Origin: Bigelowiella natans CCMP2755
Lineage: Eukaryota > Protista > Cercozoa
Direction of reading: 5' to 3'
Length of the DNA stretch: 64,000 bases
Assembly (NCBI GenBank): GCA_000320545.1
Contig: ADNK01001186.1
Coordinates: 8,068-72,067, forward strand
Below are positions 29,307 to 39,015 of the stretch, one piece after another (within the stretch, counting starts at the first letter, position 1; every line of letters starts with the position of its first letter). Made by a program: the position numbers and the translations under genes. The notes under the pieces are model-generated. The model searched no databases, was not told the origin of the DNA, and saw nothing but the letters and a program-made list of their open reading frames with translations.

Positions 29307-30501
29307 TGTCCAAACAGATGAAACAATCGTTGACGGATATCTATATACTCAGGTTGAGAAATAAATGGTGTGAATCCAAAGATTCTTCGCGTGCAACGAG
29401 GGCACCTCATGAGGTATTCCGCGCGACATAACGCGTGATATGAAGGGTCAATCTCATCATTGTTAACAACTGCAGCCTCTCGCGTTATCCAATCTTGCAT
29501 CGCATATTCATGTATTTCACCTGAAGCTAGCGACTTGCTTCGTAAGGAGTAGAGCGAGGAAGGGAACCATCATTTTGAGCCTTAAAGCTTACAAACAGAA
29601 AGTATGAAATCTGTGAGGTTTTATTTCTACGACATCCATATAAAGCTATTTGCATATTCGAAATGGACAAATCGTGGAGTAGTTACTTATTTCTTGAATT
29701 CATCTTATAACATCCACGATGCAATCTCGAAAAGAAGAGTGGATATAGTGCTTTCGAATTTTCAAAAATGTATGGAAGTCTCCGGCAGAAAAGTCCCGAC
29801 GTGAAGTCGCGTAATAAAAACTTATTTTATCGGCACTTAAGCGTGTGAAAATGTAAGGCTCCCATTCGCCGTTGTCAGCATCCGATAGCCTCCGATTCTC
29901 TTCTATAATGAGTGGAACCCTTCCGTTTGCACAAAAATTAGTTCCCTTTGTCCAAGTTTTATGTTTTCAAAGATGACCTTTTCTCGGCCTAAAACATATG
30001 GCCAGATATTCCATTTTGAAATTCAGATACATCTCTCGCCAAATACATTTTAGGATTGTCAGTACAGGACATTGTTTACGCCCATTAATTTTGGATATTT
30101 CCGGTTGTCATATGAAGAATTCTAGTTTTGTGCTACGGAAAGTGTTTATAGGAAGGCCAATTTTCAGGTCGAAGTGATTTTTTGGATGATTTATGACAAA
30201 AAGAGACCATAAAATTAGTGTACGACTTCATGATAAAGTCGAATTCTATCATACTAGATCTTAAGACATCGGGTAGGGTTCTCGTCAACTGACTCAGGAC
30301 ATTTCAAGCGCGTTGCCCGATAGTTTGTGCATCGCAAATTAAAAATGAGCTACATTTGGAAGTAATATTGGGACACTCAAGATGTCGTAGTATAAATATT
30401 GATTGCGCTCTTGGTTTGTACATGCCCATGTGGATATGCTCTGAGTTGAAATTCAGCCCGCACTTCTACAATCCAAACCAGAACAACCCCCCACAGTCAC
30501 G

Positions 30502-32124
30502 ATGTATTCCTCCATCGAGACCTCTGCAATCCCTCGTGCCCCTGCACGGAAGTCGCGCATGCTTATGGTGGGCGTTGTTCTCGTCGGCATTGTATGCTTA
30601 GTTAGTTTCGCTGCAAACCCTCTTGGAACGGCAATCGTACCATCATCGGCTTCCAGGAGCATGTATCGCGCTGGCCCTTCGACTTCCTCCATTCCAAGGG
30701 GGGCTAGTGGAATTAGCTCCAGCTCAATGGGTGCCATGGGAGCTATAAATAACCACAACTTGAAGAAAATGCCAAAGGGAACCAAGTTTCACTGCAACTG
30801 GGTTGCTGGTGAGCGCAATTTGAAGGGACATGCTAAAGCTGATGGATCTAAGTATCGCGTTGCTGTGATTGGTGGTGGCCCCTCCGGTTCAGCTGCAGCA
30901 GAAATCTTCGCAAAGGAAAAGGGAATTGATACCTTCATTTTTGAGCGTAAGATGGACAATGTGAAGCCTTGTGGTGGCGCTATTCCGCTTTGCATGGTTG
31001 ACGAATTCGACCTTCCAGAGAGCGTCATCGACCGTAAGGTGCGCAAGATGAAGATGATATCCCCTTCCAACCGTGTGGTTGACGTCGGGCGCACTCTTAA
31101 GCCTAATGAGTACATCGGTATGTGTCGGCGTGAGGTACTAGATGGGTTCATGCGCAACCGTTCCGTCGACCTTGGCGCTGTCCCCATCAACGGCCTCGTG
31201 ACCAAGATTGACGTACCAAGAGGTGACTCTGATCCCTACGTGATTCACTACCAAGATTACGGTGATAAGACCGCAGGTGGTGCTGGAACTCCAAAAACTA
31301 TGGAATTCGACGTACTAGTTGGTGCTGATGGTGCTAACTCCCGAGTCGCGAAAGCTATTGATGCTGGGGAGTATAACTATGCTATTGCATTCCAGGAGCG
31401 AATTGCGATTGATGAAGAGAAGATGGAATACTACAAGGACCTAGCTGAGATGTATGTGGGTGATGATGTCTCTCCTGACTTTTACGCTTGGGTATTCCCT
31501 AAATACGATCACGTTGGTGTTGGTACTGGAACTGTCGTGAACAGACCCGACATTCCAAAATACCAGAAGGCTATTCGCGAGCGTGCAAAGGATAGGCTTG
31601 AGGGTGGAAAGATCATTAAGGTGGAGGCACATCCTATCCCTGAACATCCTCGTCCTCGCCGCGTCCAAGGCCGTGCTGCCCTCGTAGGTGATGCTGCCGG
31701 ATACGTGACTAAATGCTCTGGCGAGGGTATCTACTTCGCAGCAAAGAGTGGACGCATGGCTGCCCAGGCCATTGTGCAACTCATGCAGGGTGGCACTCGT
31801 CTTCCAACTCAGCAGGAGATCGAGGATACATATATTGCAGACTATGACAAAAAGTACCAAGCCACCTATGTTGTACTCGACCTCCTCCAGAAGGTATTCT
31901 ACAGCTCGAATGCTGCCCGCGAGGCATTCGTTGAGATGTGTGATTCTGACTACGTGCAGAAGGTCACCTTCGATTCCTACTTATACAAGACTGTGCAGGG
32001 AGGCAATCCTGTTGATGACATTAAGCTGCTCTTCAGCACCGTCGGATCCATCTTCCGTGCACAGGCTACCACACCAAAGGACCGTGAGTTCTCAAACCCT
32101 GTGGAGTCTTTGAAGAGATTGTAA
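30502..32124 (+). CDS. chlP: Geranylgeranyl reductase with bipartite (signal + transit peptide) plastid leader, intronless
   Basis: RVAVIGGGPSG, KPCGGAIPLCMV, GADGANSRVAK, SPDFYAWVFPK, GDAAGYVTKCSGEGIYFAAKSGR. The N-terminus has hydrophobic MLMVGVVLVGIVCLVSFAA followed by a Ser/Arg-rich segment. Confidence 0.97.
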   Translation: MYSSIETSAIPRAPARKSRMLMVGVVLVGIVCLVSFAANPLGTAIVPSSASRSMYRAGPSTSSIPRGASGISSSSMGAMGAINNHNLKKMPKGTKFHCNWVAGERNLKGHAKADGSKYRVAVIGGGPSGSAAAEIFAKEKGIDTFIFERKMDNVKPCGGAIPLCMVDEFDLPESVIDRKVRKMKMISPSNRVVDVGRTLKPNEYIGMCRREVLDGFMRNRSVDLGAVPINGLVTKIDVPRGDSDPYVIHYQDYGDKTAGGAGTPKTMEFDVLVGADGANSRVAKAIDAGEYNYAIAFQERIAIDEEKMEYYKDLAEMYVGDDVSPDFYAWVFPKYDHVGVGTGTVVNRPDIPKYQKAIRERAKDRLEGGKIIKVEAHPIPEHPRPRRVQGRAALVGDAAGYVTKCSGEGIYFAAKSGRMAAQAIVQLMQGGTRLPTQQEIEDTYIADYDKKYQATYVVLDLLQKVFYSSNAAREAFVEMCDSDYVQKVTFDSYLYKTVQGGNPVDDIKLLFSTVGSIFRAQATTPKDREFSNPVESLKRL

Positions 32125-32700
32125 GGACCGATAAATATTATGTAAGATGAAAGTGGATTTGTTCACCATTTTGTCTTCTACGATTATCACATCATCACCA
32201 TGTCGAAATTAGAGTGATCGCCGTGTCTATGCATCACAACTCTTCTTCTGGGCGAGTTGACGAGATCGATAATATTCTGATGATTCGGTCTGTCGCTAGA
32301 AATTTTCTCCACCTCCAACAACTGTTATATCCAAAGCTTGTGGGGCTTTTAACGTACTTATGAGCGAAGCTATTGTCCAATGGAAATACGACTACTGTTC
32401 ATATGTTTATACTGACTAATAAAAATGCATTAAAAGAAAGACTGTTATTTACTATGACATGCCGAGCATGTGGACATGAGCTATACAAGCAATAACCACC
32501 CCTAGACCACACCGAAAGCCGAACACGCACACACAGTGCAAGCGATGTGCGTGAATGCCGCTAACGTCACTTATCGACAGACTAGAGACGAGATCATGCA
32601 TGCACACTGTGATGAATCATGCATCTCTAGATCTAGCATTGCACATGATCGAGAGTGTCATGTGTCTAGTTGTAGTTGCCAAGATCAGCATGTAACATGG

Positions 32701-34680
32701 ATGATGACACAAACTTTTTGTGCATCTGTTTCGTCAGGGCTAGAGGGCCTCATCCGTGATGGACACAGCTAGACAGTGCCACAATGACACAATGCACACC
32801 AGACACGTCCAGACATCGTGTTCACAGAATCGCGTTGTCTGCAATCGACATCGTGTTGTGGTGTTGAAAGAGTGTGCAGAAAGAAACTGTGATGATCTGC
32901 TGATCGACAACGTTTCCAAAGTGTTGCACGACACTTGCAAGTTGTGAAACGCAGGGCCCAGCTGAGCCAGCTGCTGAAAACAGCGAGGACTGACTGGTGA
33001 AACCAGCATGATTGAAAAATGGTGTGTTGGCAGGCCACCAGGACACAAGCAAACAGCACGACGTGCCAGCTGACGTGTGGCGTGCAGCGTGGGCTGCTGC
33101 TGTCGTTGTGCGAACAACGTGCTTGCAATTGAGAACCCACGTTTCCAGGTTTGCACACGTCGTTGATGTGAACGAAAACGAATGGATTGATTTTGACACA
33201 GACATGACTTGAGACAATCTTGCAAGTGCATCTAAGTCAGGGGAAGCCCACAACAGACACAGCAATGGCATGCATGATGCACGGGGAAAAATCCAAAAAA
33301 AGTCAGGAATTGGCTTCCAGCAGAACACCATGCTGTGCATTGTGATTGGAGTTGTGTTGCTTGCATGCGCATGCTTGCTGCATGTTGACATGTGGCTAGA
33401 CAATGAATTTGAACTCACATCGCAGGCCCGCAACACTCGCTGCTGCGCTAGCTAGCCAGGCTGCTGCGTCATCGCAACATTGAGATGATGACATGATGAC
33501 GCACTGAAAAATGAAGTCGAGACAGCGCCCCCTGTCTCGACTTTCTGCATCACCTAGTCACAGAATGCTCGTTGTTCGAACTGATGCCAGTTTCGAGTGC
33601 CATTCACATGCTGGCATGGCTCCCTGTGCGATGTGCGTGCAGACTTGGACGCGTGCTTTTGCATGCAGCCAAGCGCACACGTGGATTCATCAACAATTTT
33701 TCATCGCGACGTCCATCTCGACTTTCATGCATTTCCCGCTCCACTGCTGCATGCTGATCTTGGCATCTTGGCGAGCAGCCGACCCCTTCTGGCCTTTCAT
33801 TTTTTCCCGCCAAACTGCATGCTGATCTTGGCAAGTGGCCTGCAAGTCTGGAAGTGAGAGAAAAAGTGCACGTGTCAATGTGTGCACGTGTCTCCAATCT
33901 GGTGTGACGTGTGATCGCAGTCCCAGCAGTGAGGAAAGGTGGTCAGAAAGAACCACGCAACCCCACTCAAGCACTGCTCATGCTGGAGCGGACACACGCG
34001 TGATCTGTCAGGGTCTAGGTAACTCAAGATTCGTGCACGTTGGTTCGCTAGTTCGGCATGCCAACGCAAGACATGCGCTCTGCAGTGCTGGTGCTGCAGC
34101 ACGAGCACTGGCAACACGCATTGCAAGCTGAACCAGCTGGCCAGTGAAAGCGCATCATGCGCAGCACCGGCAAAACTGAATGCACTTCAAGCAGGCTAGC
34201 AGGACTGGAGTCAACAGAGCTAGAGAGGCGGGGCACGTCTAGCTGACATCGCATCGCACCGAAAGAATTGTGTGATGTTGCCGCGTGTCCACAATTGCGC
34301 ACCCACAGCCGTGTGCGTCCACTTTTGCCAAGAAATTCCTGAACGAAAGCTCTGTCAAAACGGCTGTCTGCGACCAGGTCACCAGAAGGTTCACCGTGAA
34401 CAAGAGCTCTGGTTTTGAAGGAGGTGGAACTATCCGTGAAGGAGGTTGCACAGGCTGTGTGCGAACCATGCACCAATGACGTGAGCAAGGCAGGCACAAC
34501 CTCATCCAAGAGAGAGTTGTTGAACTTTGCATTTGAAATGGGAAAACAACATTGCCAAATGACGGTCAGTGACAGCAATCCCGGTGTCACATCGGGACAA
34601 AACATCGGAGAAGAAGCGAGGAGATCCGGTGCCGCATCACAATTCGCGAAGCTTCGGTTGTCGAAAGAGGCGTTGCACAA
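32701..34680. other. TpA-depleted, CTAG-sparing intergenic block (probable hypermutated relic DNA)
   Basis: Manual count: 14 TpA in 1980 bp (11 CTAG, plus CTAA, GTAA, CTAT) versus roughly 120 expected at near-even base composition. Two TA-free runs of about 460 bp. Sharp edge near 34700 into the AT-rich EFL promoter. Confidence 0.9.
33514..33558 (+). mobile_element. Helitron-like 3' terminus (hairpin + 10 nt + CTAG|T)
   Basis: Perfect 12-bp stem aagtcgagacag / ctgtctcgactt with a 6-nt loop (33514-33543), 10 nt, CTAG at 33554-33557, then T. No Rep/Hel ORF seen. Confidence 0.4.
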
Positions 34681-35295
34681 CCCTAACATTTTCTTGGAAA
34701 TCACCCAAAATGTTTCCAATTAATTCAATGCCGATAATTTATTGTCCATTAAATGATAATGAATCTCTTTTTTGTACATCTACTCATGTAACCGATCAAT
34801 TAATTTTTTATTTAAAAAAATATTTGTAAAGAACGATATTATGGAATGAAGAAAGTGAGTTTTGGCCCCAGATATGCGCTTTAACCTTTATGATGTGAAA
34901 AATTATAAAATTTAGGCATCATATCCACTTGTACCAACCCAAATGTGACAAATATAAATCTTACATATAATTTATCGGCCGCGATATTAACTCTCGGATA
35001 AAAAGTATATTAGAATATCACCGTGGCTTCGCATCCATTCGTAGCTGCGCGATAATACTTATCAAAAACCAACTCGAGTAGAACCCCACCCCTTGTTACA
35101 CACCACCTATTCACATACGTCTCTCTTTACTTAGTGATGTGACAACTTCACAACTTCATCGCAAATATATAATGGTTGTTTTTCTTTTGAAAACTGTTTC
35201 ATTTAACGATTTGTTTGAAGCTTCTTTAGATTCGTTACATCTTGAGCTGCGTTGTAAATGATCCATTTTCTTTTTGTTTATGTTAGATCTGAACT

Positions 35296-36837
35296 ATGGA
35301 GAACCGTTTGGCAGCAGACCCAAAGAACCTTCGAAAGGATGTCGCTGATAAGCCTCACCTTGGCGTTGTCATCGTCGGTCACGTCGATGCTGGAAAATCC
35401 ACCACCACCGGACACCTCCTTTTCGAGCTCGGTACTATGGACGAACGTGCAAAAGCCGATTTGATTGCGAAGGCAAAGGAAATGAAGAAAGAATCCTTCG
35501 CCTTCGCTTTTTTCATGGACAAGCAGAAGGAGGAGCGCGAGCGTGGTGTCACAATCTCTTGTACCACCAAGGAATTCCACACTACCAACTTCCATTACAC
35601 CGTCATTGACGCTCCTGGACACAAGGACTTCATTAAGAACATGATTTCCGGTGCCTCCCAGGCTGATGTAGCCCTTCTTATGGTTCCTGCAAAGAAGGGA
35701 GGTTTCGAGGCTGCTATCCAGAAGGGAGAAGGTGGTGATGCAGCAAATAAGGGTCAAACCCGCCACCACGCTGAGCTTACTAAGCTTCTTGGAATTCAGC
35801 AAATCATCGTGGGAGTCAACAAGATGGACGAAAAATCTGTGAAGTACGACCAAGCACGTTACAAGGAAATCAAGAAGAACATGCTTAGCATGCTTAAGCA
35901 GTCTGGTTGGAAAATCAACGGAAAGCTTACAAAGGAACTTAAGGAAGCTGGTAAGAAGAAGGGACCTAATCTCATTCCCGTCATCCCTATTTCCGGTTGG
36001 TGTGGAGACAACCTTATCGTTCCTTCCACCAAGATGCCATGGTTCAACAAGAAAGGATGGACCGCAACCACTCCATCCGGCGTCAAGACCAAGGGAGAGA
36101 CTCTTTTCCAGGCTCTAGATCAGTTCGTTGAGCCTGTTACACGTGACCTCGAAAAGCCTCTTCGTTGCCCACTTTCAGGAGTTATTAAGATGTCCGCTGG
36201 TACCGTCATTACTGGCCGTATCGAACAGGGAAAACTTGAGAAGGAAATTAAGACCAAAACTGGTGTCACTGGTACCCCAGTCAAGTTCTTTCCTTCTGGT
36301 TTGAAGGCAAAGGTGTTCTCGATCGAAGCACACCACAGATCCCAAGCTAAGGCTGTTGCCGGTGATAACGTCGGTATCTGCATTAAGGGTCTACCAAAGG
36401 GTGTTTTCCCTAAACCTGGTGAGGTTATGACGCTCCTTGAGGACGACTCTGGTCTTGGTAAGACCGAGTGGTTCACTGTTGACGTGAAGGTTCAGGGGCA
36501 TCCTGGAAAGCTCAAGGTAGGATACACTCCTCTTGTCCTCGTCCGAACTGCCAAGTGTCCTTGCAAAGTTACCAAGATCAACTGGAAAGTCACAAAGGCT
36601 AACCAGAAGCTAATGAAGTCCAAGAAGGAACTTGATAAGTACAAGGAAGAAGAAGCCAAGTTCATTCAGAAGGGAGATCTTGCTTCGATTACATTTGAGC
36701 CTCAAATGCCTTTTGTCGTGTCAAAGCTTTCCGATTGCGAGGGACTTGGACGCGTCGCTGTCCTTGAATCTAACTCTCTAGTTATGATCGGTAAGATTAC
36801 GGACTGCAAGAACAACCCAGTTAAGACAGTTTCTTAA
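35296..36837 (+). CDS. EFL: Elongation factor-like protein EFL (EF-1alpha paralogue), intronless CDS, probably cytosolic
   Basis: GHVDAGKSTTTGHLLFELG, SFAFAFFMDKQKEERERGVTISCTTKEF, HYTVIDAPGHKDFIKNMISGASQADVALLMVPA, NKMD. These are EFL-type rather than canonical EF-1alpha signatures. No hydrophobic leader; strong codon bias. Confidence 0.93.
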   Translation: MENRLAADPKNLRKDVADKPHLGVVIVGHVDAGKSTTTGHLLFELGTMDERAKADLIAKAKEMKKESFAFAFFMDKQKEERERGVTISCTTKEFHTTNFHYTVIDAPGHKDFIKNMISGASQADVALLMVPAKKGGFEAAIQKGEGGDAANKGQTRHHAELTKLLGIQQIIVGVNKMDEKSVKYDQARYKEIKKNMLSMLKQSGWKINGKLTKELKEAGKKKGPNLIPVIPISGWCGDNLIVPSTKMPWFNKKGWTATTPSGVKTKGETLFQALDQFVEPVTRDLEKPLRCPLSGVIKMSAGTVITGRIEQGKLEKEIKTKTGVTGTPVKFFPSGLKAKVFSIEAHHRSQAKAVAGDNVGICIKGLPKGVFPKPGEVMTLLEDDSGLGKTEWFTVDVKVQGHPGKLKVGYTPLVLVRTAKCPCKVTKINWKVTKANQKLMKSKKELDKYKEEEAKFIQKGDLASITFEPQMPFVVSKLSDCEGLGRVAVLESNSLVMIGKITDCKNNPVKTVS

Positions 36838-37260
36838 TTATGATGATAGCTAGTGACATTGGAATTGTCTTATGCACCATGTTATTACCTCTTAAAATTG
36901 CAATTTGATTCTATCAAAAATGAGAATAAGATTATGTCGGACGCCTGCAACCATGTTACGCCAGTCGAACCCTCGCGCAATTTGGACGCTCCTTCAGCGA
37001 ACCCGTCGCTTTTTGGTCATGAGCGGGGCGCGGTGCAGAATGTAAAATGCGGTCATGCACAAAGGTCCTGCATTCGATCATCATGCATGGATTGCAGGCT
37101 TGCGCACGCATAGCATGCATGCACACATGTTGCATTTCGTTTGTTTGCAGGCACGTGCAGCCATCTAATGCAAGCCATCACAATTCACATTGGGCAAACG
37201 CGCACATTTTCACAAAATCACATCTTGCCTACTAACTAGCCAAACCGTGTAACATTGGGC

Positions 37261-37919
37261 TGTGTGACGAGCGGGGCCATGATGACATGTGCGCACATGT
37301 GGCCAGGAGCAACGCGCATGTGCACGGAATCGATGTGATGCAAGTTTTGTGTTCAATCTCGTTCTAGTTTTCGAGAAATTCCAGCTTCATTGCCCAAAAT
37401 TCAGCCATCTAAGCTGCGTGCCATGCAAGCAGGAGTTGCAGGAAACTGTTCCTCTGAGCTGTTGATCAAGACCCAGCTAGCCAGCCTGACATGCAGCACA
37501 AGGTGTTGGGCCCAAATCCAAAATCTCGAGGAGACACCTCAGTTTTTGTGTTTTGAAAAGTGGGCAAAATTGGGGAATCAGAGTTTTCACTTTTTCAAGA
37601 AAAAGCAAAAGCCAACTCTCCCATTGGCACGAATGCTCAGAAGCGCGCACGCACAGCCAAAAACGATGAAAAGCTGCTGAAAGCACTGGCTAGCTGGTCA
37701 AACGAGTCCAGCAGGAGTGTCAATGTGTCGACATTTTGTGTGTTCCCACGTGCCGCACACCGAGAATTTTCACAAATGATCAAATTCAATTGAGCCAAAT
37801 TGAAGTGCGCAATGACAGCTGCACGTTGAGCAAAAAATTGTCGAAAAACATCATCTAGTTTTTGAGACAGCTCACTTTTTGTGTCGATGTTGCACATTTG
37901 GGCAAGATGTGATGCATCG
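37261..37919. other. Second TpA-depleted, CTAG-sparing intergenic block
   Basis: Manual count: 5 TpA in about 660 bp (4 CTAG, 1 CTAA) despite many A and T runs. Confidence 0.85.
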
Positions 37920-38789
37920 TACGTGCTAGCGTGAGTTTTCTCGCGGTAACCACAACGCACTAAAAGCGCATTGCGCTTTTGTGCAGCTCTAGAGCTAGTG
38001 TGCCTACAATGATGCATGCTAGCATGCAACAAGGTCATCGATCGCTAGCTGCTAGCTAGCTAGCTAGCGCAGATGCGATCGATCACACCATAGATGCATG
38101 CGCACGTGTCGTACGTACGTAGTAGTAGTCATCGTGCGCTGCTAGCTAGCTAGTGTGTACACAAGTTCAATGGATCGCTAGCTAGGTCGATGTCGATCGA
38201 GTAGTGATGCACGTGTGGTGCGTGCGCACGTGCACGCGCAAGCAGGGCATTGAATTAGCAAATGTGCACAATCATCATGCACATTATTGCTAGCATAGTC
38301 ACAAATGTATAGGTACACCACATCTTGGAATAACTTTGTTCTAGACTCATATGATGTTGCTTCGCGGCAAATAAGAGTTACGTACTAGTCAAGTAGTAGT
38401 GTGACCTATGCAAAGGAGATGATGGTATCATTCCATTTAGACCAAACGCATGCCATTCGCTGATAAGCTATATGCAATGTCTAGATGTAGCTAGCAGTTT
38501 ATGTGCGGCCCCATGGAGAGTGCGACGTCCTCCAACTTGACGTTGCAAAATCAAAGTGGGAACGCACCTTCGTATCATATTAAGGGCGTCAGGAAAATGG
38601 GGGGAAAAAAATCATGCACTAATAATACATTTGTTGGAATATTCGGCACTATTGCCTCCCCTATGCGACATCGGTTATGTGCTGTTTTCACACGCAGCGT
38701 GGCAAGCCAATCTGTGGATGTTCTCTAATATATGTTCCCATGCGCAGAATGGTAAGAATTGGAGGCACACACACACACACACACACGTC

Positions 38790-38962
38790 TTAACACTAGC
38801 ACCTGCTCTCGGTCTTCGGGGGAGAGATGTGGATGCCAGATGTCCAGCAACAGCACCACACGATCCTCCTGAGACTCGTTCCAAACCTGCACTCAAAGAT
38901 ATCGATGATTAAATAACATTATCCTACTACTACTACTACTACTACTACTACAACTATACACG

Positions 38963-39015
<53 letters not shown>

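Noticed and set aside
32701-34680. CpG-methylation decay or fungal-type RIP as the cause of the TG/CA excess
   Set aside because: CpG remains plentiful in the block, and RIP would increase TpA. The missing dinucleotide here is TpA.
34415-34723. Faint resemblance of GTTSSKRELLNFAFE to the C-terminal part of NAD-dependent sugar epimerase/dehydratases
   Set aside because: Too short, and no Rossmann or YxxxK motif was found upstream. Cannot be supported without a profile search.
32536-34829. Dense overlapping Cys/His-rich ORFs as real metal-binding proteins
   Set aside because: An expected by-product of TpA loss, which removes TAA/TAG stops and Tyr codons in all six frames. No recognisable motifs.
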